A DNA stretch of 64,000 nt from the human T2T-CHM13v2.0 reference genome, Homo sapiens, in the NCBI RefSeq assembly GCF_009914755.1, contig NC_060940.1; one strand, written 5' to 3'. The position numbers and the translations under genes were made by a program. The notes below the pieces were generated by a model, which was not told where the DNA came from, ran no database searches, and was given only the letters and a program-made list of their open reading frames with translations. Shown piece after piece: positions 29,942 to 45,181 of the stretch (positions are counted from its first letter, which is position 1; the number at the start of each line of letters is the position of its first letter).

Positions 29942-32900
29942 TTATACACATTCACCTTTCAGAATCCTTTCTTCTCTGTGGAAACCCACACTCTCAGCAG
30001 TGTGTGGGAACACAGTAGATTCTTAAGGAATGCTTGTTGAATGTTGCAGTCTGCATCTTCTTGAAGTAACAGAACTGTTGGTAGCTGTTTAAAAGTAAAA
30101 TGTGTCTAAAGACCTTTTGGAAATTAAGATGTAAGAGATTAATGCACCAAAGCAGTCTCTTAATTACTTAAAATGAATTATTTCAAAGAATCTTTAATTG
30201 AATTTTCTGTGAAGTCTGGAATTTGTAAATTATGTCCCTTTGTTCAAACCAGCCCCTGAAAAGAACAATTAAGGCAATTAAGATAGCATTAAAGTTTTCA
30301 ATGAAGTTGGCATTTTCCGTGTATTAAGATTAGATGTTAGCTGCTGAAGTTTGTGGAGGTCGGACATAAAGCTTCCAACATCAGTAATGCAAAATTGTCT
30401 TGAACCTGCGATAAAATTTTGTTGGACTTTTTTTTCATTGCAGTGAAAAGGGCCATGTAGCATGCCTCAAAGCCAGGTTACTCAGCCTAGTCCTTGTTTA
30501 AGCAGTTTTGATATTCATTCAAGTTCAATTTTCTCACTGATTTTATGATTAATTTCTTGGAAAATTTGAAAGTTTTCAAGAAGTAAAAAATTAATATCTT
30601 GTTATCCCAGTATATAGAGATTAACTTCAGTTCAATGTTTGGTGCATTTTCTTCTAGTCTTTTTTTCAATGTATAAATATTAAAGTTATTTCATAGTTGA
30701 GATCATACTGCATATATGATACTGTATCTTGCTTTTTTCATTTTAACGTCGTGAGCAATTTTCCCATGACATTACAAACTGTCTTTGAAAAATGGAAAAC
30801 ATTTGGGGCTGTCAGCATAACTGAAAATGTTTTCTTGGTGTGACACATGTATCTTTGTAATTGGTTTGATTTAGTGTGCTTTATTTCAATAAAAATTCAG
30901 TATTATAATTTACAGATTGGGGTGGGGAGTGGTATCTACTTCAAATTACTGAAATCTTCCTAGTAGAATTCCTTTTTAAATGTTTGAACTCCCCTGGTAC
31001 ATCTTAAACACGACATTGACACTGCAAGTGCTTGGATGTCCTGGCACCTCAGAACACAACTTTGTGCAAAAGGAGTGCTGTGCATCTGAATAGTGCAATT
31101 CATTTCCAATGCAAGAATGCCAGTTTCTTAGGGCCCCCGGTCAGGATATTACCCACTTGGTTTAAGTTGTGATTTCAAATCCCATTTTCTATGGGAGATA
31201 CACTGGTGGAACAAATCTGCAGAGGGCCCTGCACCTGCGCTGGTGGATCAACGGTGTCTTCTCACCTCCAGGGCTAGCTGCCTTGCCTTCCCTCGTGGGG
31301 CTTAAGTGGCTGGGAAGCAGATAGACAGTGTAGATGAAGTCCTGGGCCACTGGCTGCTGGACTGAGGCAGTGAGATGACTGGGCTGGCATTTGTTCTTTC
31401 TCTGCCTGTGTGTGACCTCTAACTATGTGCCTGGAAACTGAATTACATGTAATTAATGCTGCAAACAGGATTTTCTTATTGCCTAAGCATGAACTTGGTA
31501 TGAAAATAATAGTTAATAATTTACTATGTAACTTGGATTCTTATAACCTGGACTGTAAGTTTGTTTTAGCTCCAGTGGGAGTTTCCTTTTCAAAGTATGA
31601 TGAAACCATCCTCATCTTTTCTACCCCTGGACTAATCATTTAAAATGGATACAGACACTTTAAAACTGCTGAGTTTATCTTGTGTTAAGCAATTAAGACT
31701 TCTCTGTCTAATCATGCTACTTGTTCTGCTTTTGTCAATTGATACTCTCATAGCCCTTTTGAAAAAGTATGTTTTTGTAGAAATTAAGTTGTATGCCCTC
31801 AGGACGTACAACTTGGTTTTTTTTTTTGTTTTTTTTGTTTTTTTTTGTTTTTTTTTTAGTTCTGAAGCATGTTTAGATTTTTCTGTACTTGTATAGGTCT
31901 GATTGTTTATGTGGCTTAGCTAAGGTTTCCTAAAGCATCTTCTAGTAGCTGTCATCGGTTTGTAAAATAAAATTTGGGCTGTCAAAATGCACATTTTTTG
32001 GTTGTTAATCTTAATTATTTTTGACCCTTGTGAAAAGTCTTTTTGGGGAAGATTAGGTAGGCAGACTTTGAAAATATTTTCACTGCTATGAGAGTCAGTC
32101 ATAGATCATATTGCACATTAAAGTTATCAAGATAAACACCCAGGTCATACAACCAGTAGAAAAAGATGATTTCCCAGAAGCTGTTAGAATTTTCAGATTG
32201 ACCAAATTGATGTTTAACACATCTTCTTTTTCATGGAGAATGGCAGCTGAAACAATAAGGAACATTTGCTTGAAATCCCTAGTCCACTTCTGATACAGTG
32301 TTTTGAGCCTTCCATATTTGTTGTTAGGTATTAAACGTGCTGCCATGAGACTCCTATGTTAACAAGGGCATTAGGGTGGGGTTTGTTGAATTCTTTTTAT
32401 AATTTGAAATGATAAAGGGGATCTTGATTTTAATTATTGAAGTAGCCCAGTTTATTGCTGAACGTGCCCATATTTTGCCATTATAATTACCTTTTGGATT
32501 ATGAAACAAGTACGAAAGGTTATCTTTGAAGAACATGGGCACCTTGTAATATGTTACAGGCTGAGACACTAGGATGAAAGAAGGCACATCTCTCCCCTCA
32601 AGTTTAGTCTTGCGGTAGAACTTTAAAAAAAAGCCAACAATGGGGATAATTGAGTTTTAAACTTGATGGCAATGATTTAAGTGAAGAGAACACCTGGGTT
32701 TATTTCCTGGTGTTGGAGAGGTGAATAAACATCAACAGTTGAACCTTTGATTTCAGTGGATTTCAACATGAGGGGGTAGGACTTTGAAGTATTATTCTTT
32801 TTCAGAATTCGTAAGTGCCAGGCACTGTGCTTAGGTCATTAGATGGAGATGAAAAGATATTTTCTATAGGAAGAGACGGTTGATTGTACCATGCTGTAGA

Positions 32901-34437
32901 AAGATAGCTCAAGATTTTTTTTTGGTTTATTTTGTTTTTTAAAAGTAAGCTTGTGCCGGTTGGGGAAGAGGAAGTGAAGTTCCTTTTTGATGGTGTTGAG
33001 TTTGAGATGTCCAGTAGGCAGTTAGAAATCTGGGAGGGCCGTTGAGCTCATTAGTCTAGTTTTGGGAAACGTGTGTGGGTAAGGTAGGGGTTGAGGATAT
33101 CACCCAGGGTGACACCAGCCTTTCAGGGGCAGAAGGGAACCCCACCAAGGCGACTGAGGAGTGAGCGGAGAGTTTCAATTTCAAGGAGGGGGAAAGAGGA
33201 GCCAGCAGGAAACTAAAATGGAGAGGTAGGAGAACCAGGGAAGGAGCCTCATAAGGGAGGTGCTGGGGAACAGGTGGGCTCACTCAGGGAGTGAATGTTG
33301 GGAGAGACAGACATTTGCAAATGTTGGAAGAGACAGATAGTTGCAGGCCTCACTATTTCAGAGAGCTGCAAATTGCATGATGTTGGTAGTGGGGATACGG
33401 TCTAAGGGTGAAGTGAAGAGAGCAGGAAGGGAAGAGAGAGAAACTGTTCAAAGAGATGAGGCCTAAGAGGCAGGCTGGCCCTAGGACCAACCTGAAGCCA
33501 CCTTTTTGCTAAAATACTCTAGGCTTGGAAGAGGATCAGAATAACTGAATAGGAATATAGATTACACTTGGGTGGGAGTGCCAGCTCTTGTTTACTACCT
33601 GTTGACCTTGGATGAATTAACTTTTAAACTTGGGTTTTCACCTGCAGAATGGAGATATTATAGGTGTCATAGGAAGTAATTGACATAGTACCTGACACAG
33701 GAAGTATTCTCATGTTAATGCTTCTATTTTTTAATAGGTGCTAGCCTTGGAAAGGTTGAGAGGCTGAAGAGGGACAGTTTGATTTCCTCTGACCACCAGC
33801 AGGAGGGGAGGATGTGTCTTCTGCAGGGAGAGCAGCCAGGGGGATTGGTTGGATCAGTGCAGAAAGGAATGGGGGCACCTAGAGTGCGGAGTTGAGCACC
33901 TCAGAAGGGAGGTGTGGCCCTCAGGACATTGTCAGCATGTGCGATGATAGTGGAGGCCATGGATTTGAGAACATTTCAGAGAATATTTGATGGAGGGGAA
34001 CGCCAAGGGGAATGTAATAGATTTGTGATAGGAGGCAGAGACTTTTCAACTTAAAATTCAAATTTAAACTACATATTTAGGGAGTTCATGATTAGAAAGA
34101 ATGGGCCCCTGTCAAATGAAACCTCTAAGCTTACTTGAAAATCTTATAAGTCCTATTCTTTGAAAATTAATTGATAGTCAAGCAATAACAGATCCCTAGG
34201 TGAGGAGAGAATAGTGGAAGGGGAAATTCCTAAGGCAGAAGATCACTGCCAGTGACGGTAGGTTTTTAAAAATGCAACACTGTGTTTGGTGTTTCCTGGC
34301 CTGACTCATACCTTTCACAGGTTTATCCTGAATGTTTAGGAGTGGAATGTAAGTTTGGCTCTTTAACTGTGTAAGAGTTTAAGGAAAGGAATAAGTATCC
34401 ATGAGTGCTGGGTATATTCTGGATTCAGTAAAGTAAC

Positions 34438-34719
34438 TCTTTTGTTTTTGAGACGGAGTTTCGCTCTTGTCACCCAGGATGGAGTGCAGTCTCGGTTCTT
34501 TGCAACCACCGCCTCCCGGGTTCAAGCGATTCTCCTCCTTAGCCTCCCGAGTAGCTGGGATTACAGGCGCCTGCCACCACGCCGGGCTAATTTTTGTATT
34601 TTTTAGTAGAGACGAGTTTTCACCATGTTGGCCAGGCTGGTCATGAACTCCTGACCTGAAGAGATCTGCCCGGCCTCCCAAAGTGCTGGGATTACAGGTG
34701 TGAGCCACTGCGCCTGGCC
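34438..34719 (-). mobile_element. Alu
   Basis: Antisense Alu flanked by a tggattcagtaa-like duplication. Confidence 0.88.
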
Positions 34720-35477
34720 TTGGATTCAGTAACTCTTAATGTTGAAAACAAAGCAGCAGGATTCTTCACAACCCTCTCCCCTCCCCACTTCCATGAAGGA
34801 TTAGAGAGGCTCATGATTGAGGCTGTCCTGAAGGATATCTACCAAATACATTCCAGACCTTAGGTGATCACATAGCCTGATTTGTCCAGGGTAGACTGAC
34901 TTTGTACCTCATGTCCCAGTAGAAATTTTAACAGTGACTCTTTTCGGGCTCAACAGTAATCTGTTTTGGATGGCAAGTTATGTGATCACCTTATCTAGAG
35001 GGGATGTTGGAACAAGCCCACCTAGGCCTGGAAGTGATTTCTGGCTCTCCTGAATACATCACACACATACACACTCATCAGAGGGGTCTGTTGGAATGGT
35101 AACTTTGGGTAACCAAAAATGTCTTGTCTTTAAAGCAAATGTCTCCTGTCCTTATCTGTAAATTTTGTGCAGTACCTACCTCATAGATGGGAGAATTTAA
35201 TGAGATATTTGTACACCTAGCACGGTGGTTGACACGTAGTAACTTTTAGTAATTGGTAGTTACCAATATTGTAGATATTGGTAGTATTACCAATAAAATA
35301 TATGTCAAGGCCAGATGATATGTTTTTCCAGAATAAAACTTAATTGCTTACTAGTAATCCCTTATAAAGGAAATAGGCAGACATGCTTTGACATTGTGAC
35401 AACATGGAAAGTAAGTGGGTTGCTTTCAAAAGGGTTACATAATTGAGCAACTCTAAAACCTTTTTTCTTCTTCCTAG

Positions 35478-35722
35478 GTCTTAGTGGTGCAATGGCTAGT
35501 ATAAGCGTGCGTTCGAGTACCCCAGGCTCTCCTACACATGTAAGCAGTGGATCGAATGCTAGTCGAAGGAGAAATGGACTCCATGATGTCGATTTGAACA
35601 CTTTCATATCAGAAGAAATGGCACTCCACTTGGACAATGGTGGAACTAGAAAGCGTACCTCAGCCCAGTGTGGCGATGTCATTACAGACTCACCAACCCA
35701 TAAACGCAACAGAATGATCTAA
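35478..35722 (+). CDS. HAPSTR1: HAPSTR1 coding exon 4 (GLSGAMASISVRSSTPGSP...RKRTSAQCGDVITDSPTHKRNRMI*), with a C-terminal bipartite NLS-like motif
   Basis: Acceptor ttttttcttcttcctag| at 35477 and TAA at 35720-35722. Total CDS is 226+81+276+245=828 nt, i.e. 275 aa plus stop. Confidence 0.96.
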
Positions 35723-38488
35723 ACTGCAAACATTTTCACACCCACCATGCTGCTTGAAAGCCACTTGATCCTCAACATATACTATAATTGCAAAGGAAAC
35801 ATGAGGCCATCTTCCCTTGTTCACTGTTTAAGACAAGTGAATTCTATAGTGGTTGCCATAAAAGGAAGTTCTAGGTATTTATAGTAGATGCCTCTTGTAA
35901 TTATGGCTTTCTTAAAACTATAATCCTAGCAGAGGACATCAGATATTGTGTAGTCGTTAGCAAGATCATCATAGGCAAACATATATCCGTTCCAAGGCTA
36001 AAAGTGACCTTAACTGTATTTATTCTCAAAGGGAAAGGAAATATCAGATGTTTATTTGGTTATAGAATGCTTTTTTTTTTTTGGGTCCATTTCCTGCTGT
36101 GTTGAGTATTTTGCTTCAACAGTATTGCCAGGTTCCTAAAATTGTCTAAAAACATGATTTGGCTTCCATTTTTGCAGCTGCACTGTACCATGCACCTGGT
36201 TTCTATATAGTAACAGTGTGCAATTCTAATTATTGGACTGTGCCCTGTTTTTAGTTTTCAAATCAATTTCTAATTCTGGTGATTGTGTGATGTAAAGAGG
36301 TGCTATGATGGTCATGCAATTAATACTAAATATTGAATCAATGCCCAGAGCTTTATTGGATTCACTTTGTGTGTGTTAGTGCTCTAAAGTAGCAGTATTA
36401 TTATTAAACTGTCCCCAGAGTAACCCTGTAGGCCTAAAGTACTCAGTTTTAAGACAAACACTACTTCCCATGCGGGGTACTTTCCTTATGGTAAATGTAA
36501 ACATGTAGACTGCATTCGAGGTGACCTAAAGTAGAGAGGTCATGAACTTTGAGAATGGGCTTCCTTTTTGGTTCAGTATTAGTGAGAGGGAGAGGGAGAT
36601 GGATGGTGGGGTAGGTTTTCTAGTCTATCATTTTACATTTTTCATGGAGTCCCTGCTTAGTGCAGTTTCCATTGGAATGGGTGGAAGATGATAAAGCTCT
36701 CTTTTTTATCTACTAATAATGTGATTGCAACTTAAAATAGCAAAACCCAACTCTCCCTGTCCCTCCAATCCCTCTCCTAAAAAGTTCAGTTTGGAATCTC
36801 ATTCTGGAAAAGATGGAATCGCATGGAGATTCTCTAGCTGTTAGGTAGACCTAAATAAAAAGTTCTCAATAGATTCCTCTTTTGAGTAAATATAAGACCT
36901 CTTGTAGCTACAATGTTTTAGAGCATGTTTCATCTTCATTTTTAATATCCTGAACTGAATGATAGTGTTTTTTTAGATGAAGAACTGATGTCAGCCTGCC
37001 AGGTACTGTAATTTATTCTATCATATTATTATATTATATATCAAGTAGGACAGTGAAAAATGTTTCCTTGCAAACTTGTAGTCCAGTATCAGTTACTTCC
37101 TATTTTTATCCTTAAAAGACCATTGCAAATCAGTGTAAGGGTTTTTCCAGTAATTACTCACAGCACTTTGTTAAAGTTTGCAATTTCTTCAGCCATTTAA
37201 TAATATCTTTCTGTGAAGAAACTTTGCTGAGTTAACCATAAATGTTCATTCATTGACTGGGTGGGATGTGAATGGAATGTTAGAAATGTTGTGTGAATTG
37301 AAGTTCTGTATTCATTATAGATGTAGCCCTTATTTAAAAAAGTGAATTCCATACTAAAACTAGGAATGAAAGTGAGAGATTTCTAAACTTTTGCGAAAGT
37401 GGGTCATTTTTTGTTTGACTATAATAGCAGGAAGAATTATAGCAATCTGTCATTTTACCTGAAACAGACAAGCCTATGTATTATGAATACTTTCAAGCTT
37501 CCCTTTGGAATATACAAGACATGCGTTTGGAGTTACCTTTGTTTTTCTATCGTAAATTTAGATTCTGGAATTGGGGTTTGGTGGTGCAATGTGTTGCTCA
37601 CAAGTGGCCAGAACTCCTATTCCTAAAAGGATTTTGAGATGGAGGAACACATATTTAATTCCCCTTTATGCCTTGGTTCTTGCTCCTCTTTCCACGTTGG
37701 ATAACAATTTTTTGGTTGTTTTGTTTAAGTTGGTGCTCTGAAGCTTAATCTCAGTACCCTTTACTCTGAATTGTCAAATTTTGATAAAACGTGCCATTTT
37801 CTTTGGTAAGAGAAAGCAGGTCTTAATGTCTGCCAGAACACAATTTATATGCCTTATTGGCTTCATTAAACTTTTAGAAAACTTTAGCATTTGTTACTTT
37901 TTTCCATTGCATTTACTTTCAAATGCACCTAATGAATTCGTCACCCAGTCGCAACTTTTCCCTTCTCTGTCCCATTGCTTTCTCCTTTCCCCGACGCACA
38001 GAATAAACATGAAGCTCAGCAGTAGAAGCGTAATGATTTCCCTCAGGAAAAACTTCTGACAGCTAGGTTTTTCAAGGGTTTCCCTGTGCTAGGTGAGATG
38101 CAAAACAAATCATGGAAGATTGCATACCTGTGTGGTATTTTAAAAACAAGTTGACTTTTTCAGTTTCTTGAACGGTTAAGGGTGGATTTAAAAACTAGAC
38201 AGTTTAGTTTTGGGGAACAGAAGCTCTCTTCGTCTTAAGCCAGATTCTCTGATTCTTTTAGACGTCATAGCTCCTTAGTTCTGCTCCTGTCGCCCTAACT
38301 TGGCATGGGCAAGTTGAAGTTCATCCTTAGACTGCAGCGTTCTGAGCATGGCTGAAGTATTAAAATGTTTAATATTTTTTAGAGCAAAATTGATGGAAAG
38401 CATTTGGCTGAATCTAAAGACCTGCAGTCAGATTCTTCAATGTGGTTTACCCAACTGGAGTAGTGATAAACACCTTAATCATAAAATG

Positions 38489-38535
38489 AATAAAAACAAA
38501 AAAACCATGGGGCTTGTCTGCAGTTTTGTTTTGGT
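38489..38535 (+). terminator. Poly(A) signal with downstream GU/U-rich element
   Basis: AATAAA at 38489-38494 followed by gtctgcagttttgttttggtc. Confidence 0.6.
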
Positions 38536-39477
38536 CATCACATCTGAATAACTTTTTGATGCAATCAAATGAAGTTTAGGCTTTTAAAAAAGAATTAGCT
38601 TTCTAAATGTTTTTTTCTAAGGGCTACTGGAACTCATTAAACTCGAATAATTGTGGCTTTGGGCCTGAAGATTTCCATTCAACAGTGAAAACTGGCTAAC
38701 TTCCTTTATAGTGAGAGGGATGGCCAACATCCAACCCAGAGGGCTAGTCAGCCTCAGAGGCCAGTGCAAGACGCCAAGAGATGATTTTGAAATGGGGCCA
38801 TAAGTTTAGAAAATTATGAACAGAATGATTGCGTTTTTGGCCTGGCTACTACCTCTAGTGGTGACTACGTCAGCAGATTAATCTCATTGCATTTTACTTT
38901 ATGTAGTATGTTGTAACCTGGTGCTTCATTCATTAGATTGGTGACTGAGGTATTTAGTCATGGTGAGGATGGGAATCTTCAGAGATACATTCTGGATTTG
39001 TGGAATAAAGTGACTAGAAAGGTTCTTCCAGAGCAACCCCTTGTTTAAAGTTATAAGTGTTTATGGTACCTGCTACCCCTTCTGGAAAGTTGTCGGCTTT
39101 GATGGTTTAGATGACCTTACCCCATAAGGCCAGCTTCTAGCCTCCCTTTGGAATATTTGAGGTGTGTGATGTTTTAGTGGGGGCAGCATTTGAGAGACGA
39201 GCAGGCCCGAGCACCCAGGCTGGCTGTCAGACCGTGTGTTGTGCTGTTGGGTTTGATGGGATGAGATATCCAGGGTTTTACTTCCTATAATGGGATCTGC
39301 AGGCTCCTTGTGAAGTTCAGTAGACAGTAGCCTGTGACGTAGCAAGTCAAGTTTTCGATGGCCCCTCATTTTTTTTTTATTTAGTGCTTAAAAAAAAGAT
39401 TTAAAACAGCAAAAATCAAGCCACACAGCAGCTTATAGTATATACAGGTCTTTTATACATTAGAAGTAATATGGTGA

Positions 39478-40060
<583 letters not shown>

Positions 40061-40402
40061 ATGTTTTAAGTTTCTCTATGACAAATTTCTGCAGATGAAC
40101 TATCTGGGTCAAAGAAATTCATCTATAAAATACTGATGGGTCTTGCCAAAGTACCTTCTGCAAGGTACCAGTTAATACTTCCATCAGAAAGTAAGAGCGC
40201 CTGTTCCCTTACATCGTAGCCAGTGTTGGGTATTTATACTTCCTTTGGCAGAAGTGACCTTTCAGTTTTAATCTGTTTTTTACCTGCTCGTATGAAGGAA
40301 GACTTTTTGCTTGATATCACGTGGGTTTGAATGCTGACTCTACTACCAGGTCTGGGAACCTAGGTAAGTTTGCCTCTCTGGGCTCAGTTTTCTCATCTGT
40401 GA

Positions 40403-40460
40403 AATAAATAGAAAACATAGAAAAATAAATTAAAAAATGTGAATGTTAGTGACTTGTGTT
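40403..40460 (+). terminator. Distal poly(A) signal(s)
   Basis: AATAAA at 40403 and 40424, followed by tgtgaatgttagtgacttgtgtt. Confidence 0.5.
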
Positions 40461-40581
40461 CCTTGGAAGTTGGATACATTTACATCTCCATTTATAATTC
40501 TCCCATCAGCAGAGCCCTGGAGAACTCTGGAATGTGGCTGATAGCTTATCTTAACATGCCATTGAAAAATTAGCCCTTTTT

Positions 40582-40970
40582 GGCTAGGCGTGGTGGCTCA
40601 CGCCTGTAATCCCAGCACTGGGAGGCCAAGGCGGGCAGATCACGAGGTCACAAGAGATTGAGACCATCCTGGCCAACATGGTGAAACCCCATCTCTACTA
40701 AAAATACAAAAATTAGCTGGGCGTGGTGGTACGCACCTGTAGTCCCAGCTACTTGGGAGGCTGAGACAGGAGAATCACTTGAATCCGGGAGGTGGAGAGG
40801 TTGCGGTGAGCAAAGATTGCACCACTGCACTCCAGCCTGGCGACAGAGCAAGACTCCGTCTAAAAAAAAGAAAAAGAAAAATTAGCCCTTTCTTTTTTCT
40901 TTGAGACAGGGTTTTACTCTCTTGCCTAGGCTGGAGTGCTTTGGTGCGATCATAGCTCACTGCAGCCTCG
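40582..40970. mobile_element. Sense Alu (40582-40880) followed by an antisense Alu fragment
   Basis: Alu consensus; TSD aaaattagcccttt. Confidence 0.88.
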
Positions 40971-43900
40971 ATAGGTAACACACTAAGTGGTGAGTTTTCA
41001 GGGAAGGGGCTTGTTCACATGTGAGAGAGATTTTAATTTTTCAAACTGAAGTTGAATGCCCTCCTAGGAGATGCCACAGGCCGGCAAGTACAGGCTGCCT
41101 CACTTCACTAGTACTTAACCCTCAAGCAGGGAAGCTACTCCCCTTTAGCCCAAGTAGAGGGAGTATGGGGTGCTGGTGTGGTTGCTGTGCACGGCCGCTG
41201 TTGGGGAGGGCCGTAGCATTTGCTTGTGTTTTAGGCCTGGTGGGCGTGTTCTCTGAGTTGCTGCTGGAAGTGTTGGGGCTCTCATCACTTAGTGGAATTG
41301 CCTTTGGGAGCTTCAGAAGGCCTGTGGTTTTCTGCAGCTTCAGCAACAAGGAGGGCTCAGCTGGCTGACAAGAGTTTTGTAGCTTGACCCTGGAAGAAGG
41401 GTTTGGGGGTGCCTGGGGCAGCCAGCTACCACTGGGCTGCTTTTGGCACCGGTGGGTCCAGTGGGCTCAACACTCAGAACTATTTGCTTGTGGACTCATA
41501 ATCTGAATGCCCTCTATAAACCCACCAAGGTATGTGCCACTATAACTTAGAGCTTTAAGGAAGGATTCTAAGACCATTCATACCTCTTCCTCAGGAGTGG
41601 CGGTGCCAGGGCTGAAGTTCCCTGGGGAAAAGGGGATCACCTGCTAAACTGTCCTTGAGTGTAGTGGGCAGGAGCTTAATCACTCCCAATCTCTTTTCCC
41701 CATGGTGAGTCTCAAGATCACCATGGCCATGTTGATTTCAAGGTGTATGTAGAAATTTGTAACTACCAAGAAGTTCTTATTTGCTGTTTGGGGTCTCTTA
41801 GGTTAATGTGAATGTTGTATAGAACTGTGTTTGCGTACACAATTGCATTGGGCACAGGAAGGCTTGCCTCTTGCCCATCCTCAGTGTTTCTCAGACATGC
41901 TGGACTATGATCTGTGGTAAGAAATACCTCTCCCATCAAGATCTTTTACCCAGCCACACCTTTTGTGAATGAACACACAGAACTGATGAAACAGGTCTCA
42001 GCAGTTCTTAGCTTTTTATGTCAAATGCACTTTATAGCTTCTTGCTGTTTCACTGAACAGGATGTTGTATGTGACCAACTGTGTTGATTTCACAGCCAGC
42101 TTGAAAACCTGGGCTCTCTGGACCTCAGCATGCAGCACAGGGTAGGTATAGACATTTCTTGAATGAGTTCATAAAAGGTGGCTTGAAGTTTTCTAGGTTT
42201 TCACAAGGAACTCCCTATTTTTCCTCTTCCTGGGCCTTAGGTCTGTCAAGAACTAGGGTGGTGGTGAAGAGAAGGACTTTGGGGTCAGTAGGGTGTAGGT
42301 GACAGTCCCACTGGCGGCCTGCCTCCCGGGCCCCTCCCTCAAGGTTATGGTGTGGAGGATGCCTAGCACCATGCCTGGCGCGAAGTGAGGACTCAGATGT
42401 TAGCCTTTAAATGTGCTTGTCGTGGCATGGCTGGATAAGATTCCCTTCTCAGAGTCCGAGGGCTCGCTTCTGGGTTCTGCACTGGCCTCCAGCCTCAGTT
42501 TCCCCCGTCTCCTCTTTGCTCTCTAGTTTTGTGTTTCTCATCCTTCCTTCATGTTAGAATCTGCCACTGGGCATGTGGTACCCCAGAAGAACTAGATGGG
42601 ACTCTGGGGTGGGGCCCAGGCACCAAGATTTTCCATGCTTCAGCAGAATGTACCTTTGGCACATTCCGCAGAGGGAATGTTGCTTTTGCTCCTTTGCAGA
42701 TTGTTAACTGGGTGGGTGGCTAGTGGCACTGGGCTCCTTGGGGCCAGCCCTGCGGCTGAGGACAGATGGGGCTGTCAGAGGACTCAGCCCCTACTCTTGG
42801 GCCGCCTGCCACCCACCCTCAGTCCCTTGGGCTTTGGGGAAGTCAGCACAGTCAGTGCGTTCCTCTGGGCCAGGGTGTTTGACTGGCTTGGTAGGAGGAA
42901 GTTGGCACCCACAGGGCCCAGGGCGTGGTGAGTCATGGCTCACCAGGGATGACCCAGCAGGTGTGCCTTGGCGACAACTCCCTGAAGCTGGAAGCTGGTG
43001 GGGCTTTGTCTTCTGGAGGGAGGTTTAATTTACAGATTTCTGGATTCCCCACCTGGACACACATGCTGAATCCAAAGGTCTGGGTAGGACATGGTATCTC
43101 AAAAAAACAAAGCAAATTAAAGAATTAAAAATGGGTTCTGGCCAGGTGTGGTGGCTCACGCCTGTAATCACAGCACTTTGGGAGGCTGAGGCAGGTGGAT
43201 CACTTGAGGTCAGGAGTCCAGGACCTGTGTCCAACATGGCAAAACCTCATCGCTACTAAAAATACAAAAAAAAAAAAAAGTTCTAAGTCCTACTACTTGT
43301 TTATCTCTTTACCTCTGTTTACACTTGGGGTTAGGACTACTTGGGGGAGGGGGGAAATGGTATAGGAAGGTACAGGTGAAGTCTTCTGGAGGGTCTCCTG
43401 CTCCCAGATGTCACCTGCAGGTGAGCCTGGAGTCGCCGCAGCCTCTTGCAACTACGAGGGAAGCTGGACCAAGGTCAAGGCAGTTGGATGCGGCAGAAAG
43501 TGAAAAGACCCTTGATCCTCGAGCAGTATGTCAGCCATCCTATTAATTGGAATCCTGTGATGTGCAGCAGCTTTCTGCCCGTATTCCTATAGACCCCAAA
43601 TCTACCCACCCGGCCAGGAGCTACTGGTGATAACGTTACAAAATACCTGTCCGGGGAGTATACCGTATTCCTAGAAAACCATATACCAAACGGGTCTTAA
43701 TACACACCACTTCTTTCCCTGTTCAAGTAGATGGGAGCCTTGTTACCAGTCTATGCAGAACTACATCTTTTGTTATGTAAAGGATATTGCAGTGAAAAAG
43801 CTAAGGATTACCGAGTGCTTAATGCCTTTGCCAACCCCGTCGGGCAGGTTCTGATATCTCCATTCACGCGATGAGACGGTCTGTGTGACCCAACGGCGCC

Positions 43901-45181
43901 CCTACGTGGCCCCAGGCTGGATACTGATTGGACCCCTGCCTTGTGCCCTGGGGACACCCAGCAGACCCTTGGGAAGCCCTCACAGGCTGTGATGGCAGCT
44001 GTGCCCTGAGCTTCCAGGTGCAGCCTGCCTGTTGGTTCAAAGGCTGTGTCACTAGCCCATCTTGGCAAGTTCTTTAGCTACTCTGCCTTGGTTTCCGCAT
44101 CCATAAAGAGGATGATAAGGTTGTGAGGATGAAATGAGGTGTTTCCTAAAACACTTCAGAAGGGTACCTGGCACTCGACAAGTTTTTAATCCTGGCACTG
44201 TGGCCACAAGATGGCATTCTCTCTCCATTTCTCCACGGGTGACTTGGAGCAGTTGGGCAATTGTGAACCATCCCGAGATGAGAAGAGGTCATTCCCAGGT
44301 GAGAAGAGGGGCTCTGGAGGAGGAGGGGGTTCACTGAGGTCGGCAGGAAGCTTGGTGGACAGTCACCAGGAATGGCCTAGGTGATACTCATTCCTTGGCT
44401 CGTCACAGACCCAGCTGAAAGGAACTGTTTCTGCACTGTTGTCAACCTTAACCCACGCGCAGAACGACAGGGTGGGCTCTTGCGAAGCTGTTGTGACCTG
44501 ACATCGGGACACTGATGCAGCCCAGTGCAATCCCATGTTAAACCAACTTGCCCAGCTTGGCTTCTGGAGCCTTCACTGGGCCTTTGCGCCAGCTGCTGAA
44601 GCCTGGGCAGCCGGCACGTCCCGAGGACGTGGTTGCTGTCCTTGCATAGGCTGCTGGGGGAGCCGACTGGGATGGGGGGTGGAGTATTTCCAAGCCCCGG
44701 GTGGCTGAGATGGGCCTTCTGAGCCTGGGGAGGGCCAGGGCTCTCAGTGGGTCCAGCAATTGAGATTTCCCTTCCTTCTGAGGTGTGACCTAGCAGGTCC
44801 TGGTCTGCCCAATGGAACCTTCTCCAGAGGCCTCCCTTGTTAACATTCACTTCAGCTGCAAGTTTGACAACTACTGTGGTTTACATCTCCCAGGACGTCC
44901 TTCTGCCCATTCTTTGGAAAGGCCATCCCCCTTATTCTGGCTCATCTGTCGTGTCCTCCCGGGCATGTCTTCACCCTCTCCTCCTGTGTGAGTCTCTGGG
45001 CCCCTTGTTTCTCATTCTGCCTTGTGATGATTTTCCTTGCTGGTTTCCTGGTGTTTTGGGTCTGCTATTGCTGTAGGGCAGGGTCTGCATGTGTGTATTC
45101 ACTGTTGCCCTGGCACTGAATAGACACCAGTACGCAGTTGAATGAGGGGATTCCCAGCTTACAGATGAGAGGGCTGAGGCA

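Noticed and set aside
35362-35709. Antisense ORFs over exon 4 (and over exon 3, 21847..22059)
   Set aside because: These are shadow ORFs of the real coding strand, with no independent evidence.
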